From the NCBI GenBank assembly GCA_020633675.1, contig JACKDE010000003.1:580542-644541 (forward strand): 64,000 nt of DNA, given 5' to 3'. The translations under genes were made by a program, and so were the position numbers. This stretch comes from Deferribacteres bacterium. Lineage in GTDB: Bacteria > Zhuqueibacterota > Zhuqueibacteria > Zhuqueibacterales > Geothermadaptataceae. Of this stretch, positions 46,373 to 55,424 are shown one piece after another. The notes beneath the pieces are model-generated. The model made no database searches. It was not told the origin of the DNA and saw only the letters and a program-made list of their open reading frames with translations. Numbering within the stretch: the first letter of the stretch is position 1; each line of letters begins with the position of its first letter.

Positions 46373-47929
46373 CTATCTCAAAATCAAAATCTTTTTCGTA
46401 TCAGAATATTGCCTTGTCTGAACCTGCAGGAAATAGACGCCCGGCGGCACAAGCTGCCCGGCGGCATTTTTGCCATTCCACGAAACTTGCGTCATCCCTT
46501 GTTGGCCCCGCACGTGATCTGTAAGGGTAACGACACGTTGTCCAAGCATGTTATAAACGAAGATATTGGCGGATTGCGCGGCCGGCAAGAGCATTTGGGC
46601 AGTGATATGTGTGCCTGCTGTTATGGCATCTTGCTTGAGCGGGTTTGGGTACACTCCGACCAGGCCAAAATCGCTCGGCGAGGTGCCAAACGACTGATCT
46701 GCAATTGCAGAAATCCGTTCGTTAATTTCGAGAAAGCCCGACCAGATGTGACCATCGGTCTTGTTCTGCGCGGCAACCATCAGCCCGGTCGTTTCATCCA
46801 CCGGATGATTCGGCAAGCTCATGTTATTAAATTTATCTTCACCATTTTGCAGAATGATTTCTTGCGGCAAACCATCCAGCAATTCCTCAGAGCCAATTGC
46901 CACCCGTTTGTAGACACCGTATGCCGGCGTGCCTTCCGTTGTGCCAAAAACATATAAATCGTTATTGGTATGGTCGATGGCCAACGAAAGCCTCGTCCAG
47001 CCGCCTACGCTATTCACAACATACCGCCGCCAGGTACCGTTTTTGCGGACATAGAGACCATTGTCTGCTGCAGCGCCGCTGCTACCACCGGTTTTCACGA
47101 CGATATAGACGCTGCCATCGGTATCAGCCAATGCTGAAATGTGATTATCGGAATGGACATCCGGGAACTGTCCCATAACCGCTTTTTCACTACTCCAAAC
47201 AATTGGTGGATCACTGACCTTGTGCAGCAGGAAGCCAAAGTGCGAATCGAGTCCGGAAGCAGTATTTTCGGCATAGGCAACGCCTATATAGTCAACACCA
47301 TCTTCAGTAAAGGCAACTGCATCAGTGAGCCCCTCAGGAACATTCAATTTCGCTCCCAGTGCGAATTTATTGGTCCATGTTTTGCCATCATCGTCTGAAT
47401 AAACGTATTGAAGTACACTTTCGAAAATCCGGAAGATCCAAATCCTTCCGCTCTGATCGACGCAAAAGCTGGCTACATTATCATCGCTATATGAAAAATC
47501 CAAAATTTCAACCGGGTAGCCTTCCGGGATCGACCAAGAGCCATTTGAATAATTCACCACATAAAAACGATGATTCGAAGTATGTGCAGATGACACATAA
47601 AGCTTATTATTTTGGCTATCCATATAGCAATCGGGGCGTGACTTATTTTCCGAATCGATTGCAATATCTCTCACCCAGGTGTTGTTTTGATATTTCCAAA
47701 GATGCCAGGTCTTGTCGGACCATTGCGCGATAACCCACCATGCACCATCATGATAAAACAATTTGCTTTGGTTGGATTTTTCGAAATTATCGATGCTATC
47801 TTCGATAGGCACCAAAAGTGCCTGCGAATAGGCAATACTGGAAATAAACAGAAAGCAGAGTATGGATAAAATTTTGAAGAGCTGAGGTGAACGCTTGCGT
47901 AGCATTTTTTCTCCTTGATGCTGGTTCAT
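46373..47929 (-). CDS. Secreted BNR/Asp-box beta-propeller-like protein with a T9SS/FlgD-type C-terminal sorting domain
   Basis: Signal peptide, then the Asp-box YSDDDGKTW and degenerate repeats (DQSGRIW, DTDGSVY). The C-terminus reads YPNPL......I.VYNMLGQRV..L......G.....W.G.N..G..V..GVYF. Confidence 0.6.
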   Translation of the reverse strand: MNQHQGEKMLRKRSPQLFKILSILCFLFISSIAYSQALLVPIEDSIDNFEKSNQSKLFYHDGAWWVIAQWSDKTWHLWKYQNNTWVRDIAIDSENKSRPDCYMDSQNNKLYVSSAHTSNHRFYVVNYSNGSWSIPEGYPVEILDFSYSDDNVASFCVDQSGRIWIFRIFESVLQYVYSDDDGKTWTNKFALGAKLNVPEGLTDAVAFTEDGVDYIGVAYAENTASGLDSHFGFLLHKVSDPPIVWSSEKAVMGQFPDVHSDNHISALADTDGSVYIVVKTGGSSGAAADNGLYVRKNGTWRRYVVNSVGGWTRLSLAIDHTNNDLYVFGTTEGTPAYGVYKRVAIGSEELLDGLPQEIILQNGEDKFNNMSLPNHPVDETTGLMVAAQNKTDGHIWSGFLEINERISAIADQSFGTSPSDFGLVGVYPNPLKQDAITAGTHITAQMLLPAAQSANIFVYNMLGQRVVTLTDHVRGQQGMTQVSWNGKNAAGQLVPPGVYFLQVQTRQYSDTKKILILR

Positions 47930-48158
47930 ATGATGCGAATCTGCACGCTAGCTCTGCTGCCAGGTCTTCGGCGAGGTAGCTTTTGGGTCAACTTTACAGG
48001 CTTGGGTTGCGCTACAGAAGGATGTTATGTCTAACTCAAGCTAATCATAACAGCTTATGTACTTTCGAATGTTGGGCAATGCGGAGGGAAAAGCCAGGTT
48101 TTTTGATTGCGCCAGCTCGCGCGAATGCAAATCTCCTGGCTGGATAAGATAGTGGGAC

Positions 48159-50954
48159 TTATTTTGACAAGATCATTTTTCTTGTTTGCCGAAAAACTTC
48201 TCGCCCATAGGTATTTTTCGCAATGAGTTCATAAAAATAGACACCAGATGGCATAGCCGTGCCGTTCGCATCGGTACCTTGCCATGAAATTCGATGCAAT
48301 CCAGGTGAGAACTCATCATTTGCCAGTGTCTGCACATGTTGTGAAAGAATATCATAGATACGCAGTTGTACATGCGAGGCACTGCCCGCTTGATTCGGTA
48401 ACTCGAAGGATACGGTGGTTTGTGGATTGAATGGATTCGGATAGTTCTCGTACAATGCGAAGCCTTCTATTTGGCCGCCCGGATGTTCCACACCTCGTAC
48501 AGCCGTACTGGCATCCAGTGTCACGCTAATTTCATGCGGATCGCCCTCTCTGTTTCCATGCTCATCCCGCGCTTCTGCAACCAATTTCAATTCACCCGGA
48601 TTGAGACCGGTGAGTGTCACCTGCCATTGCAGATAATTTTCTGAAAGCGGTGTCACTTCCTGGCCATTCACCGTTAGCGAAGCAATTTTGCTCTGGTCGA
48701 TGCATGTGCCACGTACAGTCAGGCTGCCGCCGCTTTGCATCGGTACGAACTGATCTGCCGGAGGAAAAGTGATCACCGTAGCCGGTGGCAGGCTATCCTG
48801 TGGCTTGATCGGGTTATCTGGAAAATCAACACTCACCTCAGCGACCTTCACATTTTCGCTGAAAGGGGGTGTCATGATCTGGTAATTGAGGCCATCGTTG
48901 CGGCTTTGCGTCGCCGGGATCACTTTTGCATCACGGCCTGCCCCGAAAAAATCATGCAAATACATGGTTAAATCAGGATTGGCTTTTGCATTATCACCTT
49001 CACTGCCAACGCCGTACAGGTTATCTTCCACATTGGTCAGCGTGTAATTGCGGATATGCACATCACATGGTAAATCGCGGCTCTTGCGGCCAGTAATACG
49101 CAGCGGGTATTTATCCAGTACATCGCCAAAGACGTTTTCGACTGTTATCAGTCCCTGCGGCGCTTCATAGATATCGACAAGAAAGCTGCCGATTTCCTTG
49201 CCGTTGATATTCATCACTTTAGCATCATGTGGATCTTTGCCGTAATAGCCGTAATTGATGTCCCAAAAATTCAGATTATTCAGATAGGAGTATCGGCCAT
49301 TTGGTGATATGCCATATCGCAGCTTCCAGCTGCGAAAATTTTCAATAATAAACGGATCGGTCGGAGATGCATCACCGTCACCCCAGAAACCGTACATACG
49401 CATGCCGTGGGCTTCATTGTTTTTAAACAGAATAAATGGCAGGCGATTGATCTGCACATTGCTTTGCATCGTGCCATCCGGTTGCAGCACTGTTGCCGTG
49501 ATGTCCGCCGGAATCTCGAATTGATAGCCGTATTGGTCGCATTCCACGGCAGTATTATTGATAAATGCGTTGCGGCCATTTGCCCACCAAAATCCCGCGC
49601 CGGCGTTCTCATCATACTCCAGGGCTTGATTTGGCAATTTTTCATGCGTGTAGCCATGAACGGCCAGGTTGTGATCGAACAAATTGTACACTTCACTGGC
49701 ATCTTCCATGAAATAGCCGTGCCCCAGCGACTGGAAGCCAACGCAATCGCGCACGACCAGATAGTTTGTTCCGTGAACCGTAATCCAGCGATTATGTGAA
49801 TCCCAAATCGATGCTCCAATAACCGAACTGCCGCGATTGCTGCTTCCCAACAAATGGTAATGGATCGGGTAGCGCGCCAGCAGACCGTTTTTACCGAGAT
49901 GTGCAAACTCAGCATAGCTAATGCTGCCGCGGCTGCCATGGTGGTACATCGTGTGGCCGCGTACACCGTCTGGATCGCGGCTTTCGATGATGACATTGCG
50001 TGACAAATTGGCCATTTCGGCACGAAATTCGCCATCGACGATATGGTCGTGCTGCAGCGCCGCATCCAAAGTCACAGTCTGCCCCGAGACCGCGACAACG
50101 CGACGCTGCTCGGTTTGCGCGGCACTGCTGTTGCGAAAGGTATCGCCAGTGCCTTTAAAACTGTCATTCTTTATGGTACCTGTGATAATCACACGATCGC
50201 CGACCCGCCAATCAACAGCGTCGGTCAGCACAACCTGATTGGTGCCAGCCGGTGCGGTTTGATTGAGCTTCAACCAGGTGTGCTTCATCGGTGCGCCATG
50301 AAAATCCATTATGCCACCGTAGGAAATGATCGCCGGCCCGCAATTGTCATCGATATCACTGAAATCGACTAGCCGGATACGTGCCGTCACCGAGTTCGGG
50401 ATCGGTTTAAATGGCGAGCCGACTTGCAAGCGAGCACGATTACCATGCATTGCAGCGTGTTGGTTGCTCGAACAATTGGCATTGGGATCAACGGACTCTT
50501 CCATTGAAATGATGATCATGCCTGCATCGAGCTGTGTCGTCGTGTGGTCGGAGAAAATGAGCTCACCACGAATGTGCAACAGTCGAATGGCTTGCTCCGA
50601 TTGCACATCATAGATGACGCGGTGGCCCATATCGATCACCACATTGTCACCTTCGGCCGGTATGCGACCATCGTTCCATATTGCCGGATCGGACCAGTTG
50701 CCACTGCCCGTGCTGCGCACTTCGACCTGCGACCATTGTAATTGGTGCGCTTGGCCACTATTGGCCAGCACGGTATCCGAGCACAAGATGCCAAAAAAGA
50801 TAATCAGGAATTTCGCAATTTCACGCACCGCACCGATGCCATAGAGTTGACCTGTATGCATTTTTCTCAAATATCCTTGTCGTTGTTTGTAAGCAAAATA
50901 GAGTATCGATAGCAAAATGATCATATTTGTCCTCTTGGCGGATTCTTCCGCCAT
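48159..50954 (-). CDS. Secreted G8-domain plus parallel beta-helix protein (CEMIP/TMEM2-like architecture) with an Ig-like domain and a T9SS/FlgD-type C-terminal sorting domain
   Basis: G8-like start GNWSDPAIWNDGRIPAEGDNVVID. The central segment is HTMYHHGSRGSISYAEFAHLGKNGLLARYPIHYHLLG...HNRWITVHGTNYLVVRDCVGFQSLGHGYFMEDASE. The C-terminus is NYPNPFNPQTTVSFEL...LRIYDILSQHV...SGVYFYEL. The signal-peptide-compatible start is probably M at 50861. Confidence 0.65.
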   Translation of the reverse strand: MAEESAKRTNMIILLSILYFAYKQRQGYLRKMHTGQLYGIGAVREIAKFLIIFFGILCSDTVLANSGQAHQLQWSQVEVRSTGSGNWSDPAIWNDGRIPAEGDNVVIDMGHRVIYDVQSEQAIRLLHIRGELIFSDHTTTQLDAGMIIISMEESVDPNANCSSNQHAAMHGNRARLQVGSPFKPIPNSVTARIRLVDFSDIDDNCGPAIISYGGIMDFHGAPMKHTWLKLNQTAPAGTNQVVLTDAVDWRVGDRVIITGTIKNDSFKGTGDTFRNSSAAQTEQRRVVAVSGQTVTLDAALQHDHIVDGEFRAEMANLSRNVIIESRDPDGVRGHTMYHHGSRGSISYAEFAHLGKNGLLARYPIHYHLLGSSNRGSSVIGASIWDSHNRWITVHGTNYLVVRDCVGFQSLGHGYFMEDASEVYNLFDHNLAVHGYTHEKLPNQALEYDENAGAGFWWANGRNAFINNTAVECDQYGYQFEIPADITATVLQPDGTMQSNVQINRLPFILFKNNEAHGMRMYGFWGDGDASPTDPFIIENFRSWKLRYGISPNGRYSYLNNLNFWDINYGYYGKDPHDAKVMNINGKEIGSFLVDIYEAPQGLITVENVFGDVLDKYPLRITGRKSRDLPCDVHIRNYTLTNVEDNLYGVGSEGDNAKANPDLTMYLHDFFGAGRDAKVIPATQSRNDGLNYQIMTPPFSENVKVAEVSVDFPDNPIKPQDSLPPATVITFPPADQFVPMQSGGSLTVRGTCIDQSKIASLTVNGQEVTPLSENYLQWQVTLTGLNPGELKLVAEARDEHGNREGDPHEISVTLDASTAVRGVEHPGGQIEGFALYENYPNPFNPQTTVSFELPNQAGSASHVQLRIYDILSQHVQTLANDEFSPGLHRISWQGTDANGTAMPSGVYFYELIAKNTYGREVFRQTRKMILSK

Positions 50955-51336
50955 GCTTGCGTCCCTTGATCCTCATTGGCACAGATCGCTGAAAAACTGT
51001 TCGAATATTGCGGTGTGCAAAACCGAACTCCAACTGAAAGGAGCAGTGCAGTTCGCAAAGCCTGTACCAAAAATTTTGCGCTCACTATTTTGCTGAGCCG
51101 TCGTCTTGCCAGGATAACCGCACAATAATGAATGACAATTCTGAAATTCGATCAAGCCAGCCTCCATATACAACAGCTCTCTTACAAAGTCAGATCGTCG
51201 CTACAGCTCAATCCGAAATGTTATGATTTGTTAGCAATTTCAGGTTTAGCATGCATCTTGCCTTTTGCAGGCCGCATCGATGGAGACGCGGATAATCAGC
51301 ACGGTAAAACAACTTGGAATCGGTGAGGTTTTTGGC

Positions 51337-53745
51337 ATGAAAAAAAGAGAACAAATTACTCGGCCTGTGCAAAAAATACAGGCACAACTCATCAAACTAG
51401 GCTTGGCAGCGGTGTTTATCTTGCTGTCAGCCATCGCGCCTTCGCATGTGGGCGCACAAACTCCGTCTCTGACACTGCGGCAAACCTATCTCGATGCATC
51501 TTCGTTTCCGGAGATTGTTGCCGGCGTGGTGGTGCGGGACGGAGAGAATCGGCCGGTTGGCGGGCTGACCGAATCGAATTTTTCGGTCTATGAAGATGGT
51601 GTGCTGCAGCTTCCTATCCTGGTCGAAGAATTCAAAGCAGACTCAGGTGGTGTATCCGTAGTGCTGATAATGGACATCAGCGGCAGCATGCGCGATGAAT
51701 TGCCGGATGCACAAATCGCGGCCAAAACCTTGGTCGATTTGCTCACTGCCGATGATTTCGGTGCACTCATCAGCTTCGACGATGTTGTCGAAATTGTGCA
51801 GCAGTTTACCAACAATTTCGATTTATTGAAAAGCGCCATAGACGGATTGCAGAATGGCAGTGGTACCGCCGTTTACGATGCGACTCTCACCGGACTCGAT
51901 CTGGTACGAAACCAGCCTGGCAAGAAAGCAATCGTTTTGCTCTCGGATGGCCGCGACGGCGATAGCAACGCCAATCTCGGTGATGTCACTTCTGCGCTTG
52001 GATCCGCCGGCATCCCGGTCTATGCCATCGGCTTGGGGGTAAGCGGCGGACGCGGAGAAGATGAGCTCATCCAAATCGCACAGGCAAGCGGTGGCATTTA
52101 TTACAGCGCGCCAACCACGGCCGAGTTGCAGGAAATCTACCTCAGCATCGCTTATTTTATCAGCAAATACACTTACCGCATAACCTACACCACCTCCAAT
52201 TGTGCGGCTGATGGCACACAAAGACAAGTCGACATCGTAGCAAACAAGGATGGTTTGGCCGCATCGGATACCAGCTCGTATATCGCGCCATTTGCAAATT
52301 CGCAGATCGTATTGCAAACCGATATCGCACCCACCCCGACGCAGCCATTTATGCTGCAGCTTATCACGCCAACGCTGGACGATTTTACAAACAGCGTTTC
52401 CAAAATCAGCATGCGCATCCGTTACAATAGCGAGCATTTGCAGGTGCAAACACCCTACGCGCAATTCATCAAAGCTGGCCCAATGTTCGGCGATGCAACC
52501 GCGCACACACTCACACAGAGTGTTGATGAAGCAGCTGGTATCATTACGCTGACCATACAGAGATTGCAGCCTGTTGCGGCCACACCGGGATCGAATGTGC
52601 TGGCAGAGATTGGTTTCATCGCGGAGGCCAGCCTACCCGACAGTACCAGCCTGACATTTGAAATCGATAGTCTTTTAGCAACAAATAGCGCCGGCTGCGA
52701 GATGGTGTTTGACCTTCAACCCATCACTGTATTGAGCGATGGCATGTTGGTTTGGCCTGGCGATACCGATGCAAACGGCCGCGTAGAACTCGCTGACATT
52801 TTAGTGCTCGGCCTTTATTGGAGCATGACCGGCCCTGCACGCCCGGCCACAACCGATCCAATTTTGTGGAAAGCGCACCTGGCCAAGAGGTTCCCCATAG
52901 TCAGCGCAACCCATGCCGATGCCGATGGCGAAGGACAGATTAGTGAACGCGATCTGATTCCGATTGCGCTCAATTGGGGTCAAACAACCGCGACTGTCGC
53001 AGGTGCCCGCCCAAAAACAGCCCATGTTTTGCCGGAAGGTGCTGTCAGCTATGCACTCGACCAGAGCGTGCAGGCTGACAAATACCAGTTGCGAATTCAG
53101 CTTGCGCGGGCGAACAGCGCACCATTGGCCGGGGTAATGTTGCGGCTTGCACTCTCAAGCGAGCAAAGCGCAATGACACAAGCTGTCGTCGGCTCGTTAT
53201 GGCAAAAGGATGCGCTATTTTTCTCACAAATCGAACCAGATGGCCAGCATTTATCTGTCGGCATTATGCTGAAACCCGGCACGGAATTTCCGACCAGCGA
53301 TGGCGAATTGTTACGCGTCGCTCTTACTGCGAATGCCGGTCTTTCACCGCATGACATCCATATCGAATCGATTGGATTGGTCAGCCCGGACGGCCGAATC
53401 AATGAAGGAGCGCTGGCGCAAATTCAAAAAGGCTCAGTCAGCGCCGTTCCAGACGTAATCGAGCTTGAACGCGCCTATCCCAATCCATTCAATCCCGCGA
53501 CCACCATACGCTTTCAGGTCAATGAGCCCGTCGATGTGATTGCACAATTTTATCGCGTCTCCGGCGAGCTGATTCAATCTGTGCAAATGGCTGATTTACA
53601 AGCTGGCACACACACATTGATGTGGCACGGCAAAGATGGTGATGGCCGGACAGTAGGAAGCGGGACCTATTTCGTCAGGTTTATCGCAACGGACCGGCAA
53701 GGCCGGCAATTCCGCCGCACACAGAAACTCATATTAATCAAATAA
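51337..53745 (+). CDS. Secreted vWA-domain protein with cohesin-like modules, a dockerin-like EF-hand pair and a T9SS/FlgD-type C-terminal sorting domain
   Basis: vWA MIDAS VVLIMDISGSM...LLSDGRDG. Dockerin-like repeats are GDTDANGRVELADILVL and DADGEGQISERDLIPI. Cohesin-like beta-sandwich segments flank them. The C-terminus is YPNPFNPATTIRFQV...GTYFVRF. The ATG at 51337 follows SD ggtgagg. Confidence 0.65.
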   Translation: MKKREQITRPVQKIQAQLIKLGLAAVFILLSAIAPSHVGAQTPSLTLRQTYLDASSFPEIVAGVVVRDGENRPVGGLTESNFSVYEDGVLQLPILVEEFKADSGGVSVVLIMDISGSMRDELPDAQIAAKTLVDLLTADDFGALISFDDVVEIVQQFTNNFDLLKSAIDGLQNGSGTAVYDATLTGLDLVRNQPGKKAIVLLSDGRDGDSNANLGDVTSALGSAGIPVYAIGLGVSGGRGEDELIQIAQASGGIYYSAPTTAELQEIYLSIAYFISKYTYRITYTTSNCAADGTQRQVDIVANKDGLAASDTSSYIAPFANSQIVLQTDIAPTPTQPFMLQLITPTLDDFTNSVSKISMRIRYNSEHLQVQTPYAQFIKAGPMFGDATAHTLTQSVDEAAGIITLTIQRLQPVAATPGSNVLAEIGFIAEASLPDSTSLTFEIDSLLATNSAGCEMVFDLQPITVLSDGMLVWPGDTDANGRVELADILVLGLYWSMTGPARPATTDPILWKAHLAKRFPIVSATHADADGEGQISERDLIPIALNWGQTTATVAGARPKTAHVLPEGAVSYALDQSVQADKYQLRIQLARANSAPLAGVMLRLALSSEQSAMTQAVVGSLWQKDALFFSQIEPDGQHLSVGIMLKPGTEFPTSDGELLRVALTANAGLSPHDIHIESIGLVSPDGRINEGALAQIQKGSVSAVPDVIELERAYPNPFNPATTIRFQVNEPVDVIAQFYRVSGELIQSVQMADLQAGTHTLMWHGKDGDGRTVGSGTYFVRFIATDRQGRQFRRTQKLILIK

Positions 53746-53789
53746 TTTCGCACTTGTGCGATGATGAATAGCCTAAAAAGGAGCACATC

Positions 53790-55418
53790 TTGAAACGAAT
53801 TCGACACAACCACCTCGCAGCGGCAACCTTTTCGTTGATAGCCATCTTGTTTTGCAGCGCCGCGCAGCTTGCGGCTGGCAATGCAATCGTACAACCGAAT
53901 GAACGTATCAGCGCCAAGCTCGCAAATTTGCAGCCCGGCGACACATTATTTGTGCGCGCCGGAACCTACAGTGAAAGCCTTTCTTTTCCGCGCAATGGCA
54001 CGGCACAGCAACCCATCGTGCTCATGGCCTACCCCGGAGAACGGCCGCTGATCACCTCAAGCGAAACACTTTTCGAGCTCGATGAAAGCTATTGGATCAT
54101 CGATGGCTTCATTTTCGATCACGAGAACGCAGACAGTGATGCCATTTTGATCCGCTCAAATGCGTCCAACAACATCATTCGAAACTGCGAGATTCGTAAT
54201 GGCAAGCGCGATGGATTTGACATCAAAGCCGGAGCAACAGACAACACGATTGCAAATAATATCATTCACAATTTCTTTAAAAGCGGCGCTGATGCGCACG
54301 GTATTGTTACCAACCCCGGGGTGATCGGACTCTCTGTCCTCAACAATGAGATTTTCGACAACAGCGGGGATTGCATTCAACTCTATTCCGACAATTCACA
54401 CCCGGTTTCATCTTACTCAAAAAATGTCACCATTTCCGGAAACCGCCTTTATACTACCCTTGGCTCTGATTCCGAGAACGCCCTTGATTTTAAGGGTGTA
54501 GATGGTTGCCTCGTTGCAAACAACGACATTTTTGGCTTTGATGACAAAGCGGTTGTGGTGCAAAAAGGCTGTCGGAACATCGTTGTGGAAGGAAACATCA
54601 TTCGCGACTCGCAGCGAGGGATCGAATTTCGCGGCGAAGATGGCAAATCGCAAGAAAATATGACCGTCCGCAGAAACCTGATTTACAATATCAGTGATTA
54701 CTTTGCGGTCAAATTCGACTGGGTGGATAACGTGCAGTTTATCAACAACACCATTGCCTTTGTGCAGGCGACAGGCTTGCTTATTGAAGAAGAGGGCGTC
54801 ACCAACAGCGTTTTTAAAAACAACCTGTTCTTCCAATGCGATTCGCCCAGTATTTCCGGCACGTTTGATGCGGTCTACAGCAACAACGGCTGGTTCGGCA
54901 CCGGTGCGGGCGACCTGGCCGGCCCCAACGATCTCAATGGCGCTCAACCAAATGTCGTAGATGCTGGTAACTACCAGTTTCAGCTCAATGCATCCAGTCC
55001 GGCCATCGATGCCGGAGTGGATGTTGGTCTGAATTATCAGGGCACGGCACCGGATCTCGGCGCATTTGAATACAGCAGCAGTCCGACCGGCGTAAGCGAT
55101 GCGAATGATATCAAGGCAGGTATTCCCTCTGCTTTTCGCCTCGATCAGAATTGGCCAAATCCGTTCGATTTATCGATACACAAGGAGACCACTTTTAACC
55201 TGCAACTGGAGCGGGAAGCGGTGATCGAAATGCGAATTTACAACGTGTTGGGACAAACAATGCAAGTGCTGTTTCGCGGAGCTTTGGCGCGCGGTCAGCA
55301 TGCAATTGCCTGGGATGGCCAGCGGCAACTCGGCGGGCTGGCTGCGCCCGGCATTTATTTTATCGAAGTCAAGGCAGGCAACGCGCGGGCTGTCCGCCCG
55401 TTTGTGTTGGTGCAGTAA
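53790..55418 (+). CDS. Secreted right-handed parallel beta-helix repeat protein (pectate-lyase/PL6-like fold) with a T9SS/FlgD-type C-terminal sorting domain
   Basis: GDTLFVRAGTYSESL at the N-terminus, repeated PbH1-like turns (NNIIRNCEI.N..., NTIANNIIHN, NNEIFDN, ISGNRLY, VEGNIIRD), and the C-terminus WPNPF...MRIYNVLGQ...W.G......PGIYFIEV. Confidence 0.7.
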   Translation: MKRIRHNHLAAATFSLIAILFCSAAQLAAGNAIVQPNERISAKLANLQPGDTLFVRAGTYSESLSFPRNGTAQQPIVLMAYPGERPLITSSETLFELDESYWIIDGFIFDHENADSDAILIRSNASNNIIRNCEIRNGKRDGFDIKAGATDNTIANNIIHNFFKSGADAHGIVTNPGVIGLSVLNNEIFDNSGDCIQLYSDNSHPVSSYSKNVTISGNRLYTTLGSDSENALDFKGVDGCLVANNDIFGFDDKAVVVQKGCRNIVVEGNIIRDSQRGIEFRGEDGKSQENMTVRRNLIYNISDYFAVKFDWVDNVQFINNTIAFVQATGLLIEEEGVTNSVFKNNLFFQCDSPSISGTFDAVYSNNGWFGTGAGDLAGPNDLNGAQPNVVDAGNYQFQLNASSPAIDAGVDVGLNYQGTAPDLGAFEYSSSPTGVSDANDIKAGIPSAFRLDQNWPNPFDLSIHKETTFNLQLEREAVIEMRIYNVLGQTMQVLFRGALARGQHAIAWDGQRQLGGLAAPGIYFIEVKAGNARAVRPFVLVQ

Positions 55419-55424
55419 GCAACG

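Noticed and set aside
50977-50991. A sigma54-like TGGCAC element (ttggcacagatcgctg) in the divergent region between the G8 gene and the vWA gene.
   Set aside because: The GC dinucleotide lies 10 nt from the GG rather than the strictly conserved 12 nt. The site is also about 350 nt from the nearest plus-strand start.
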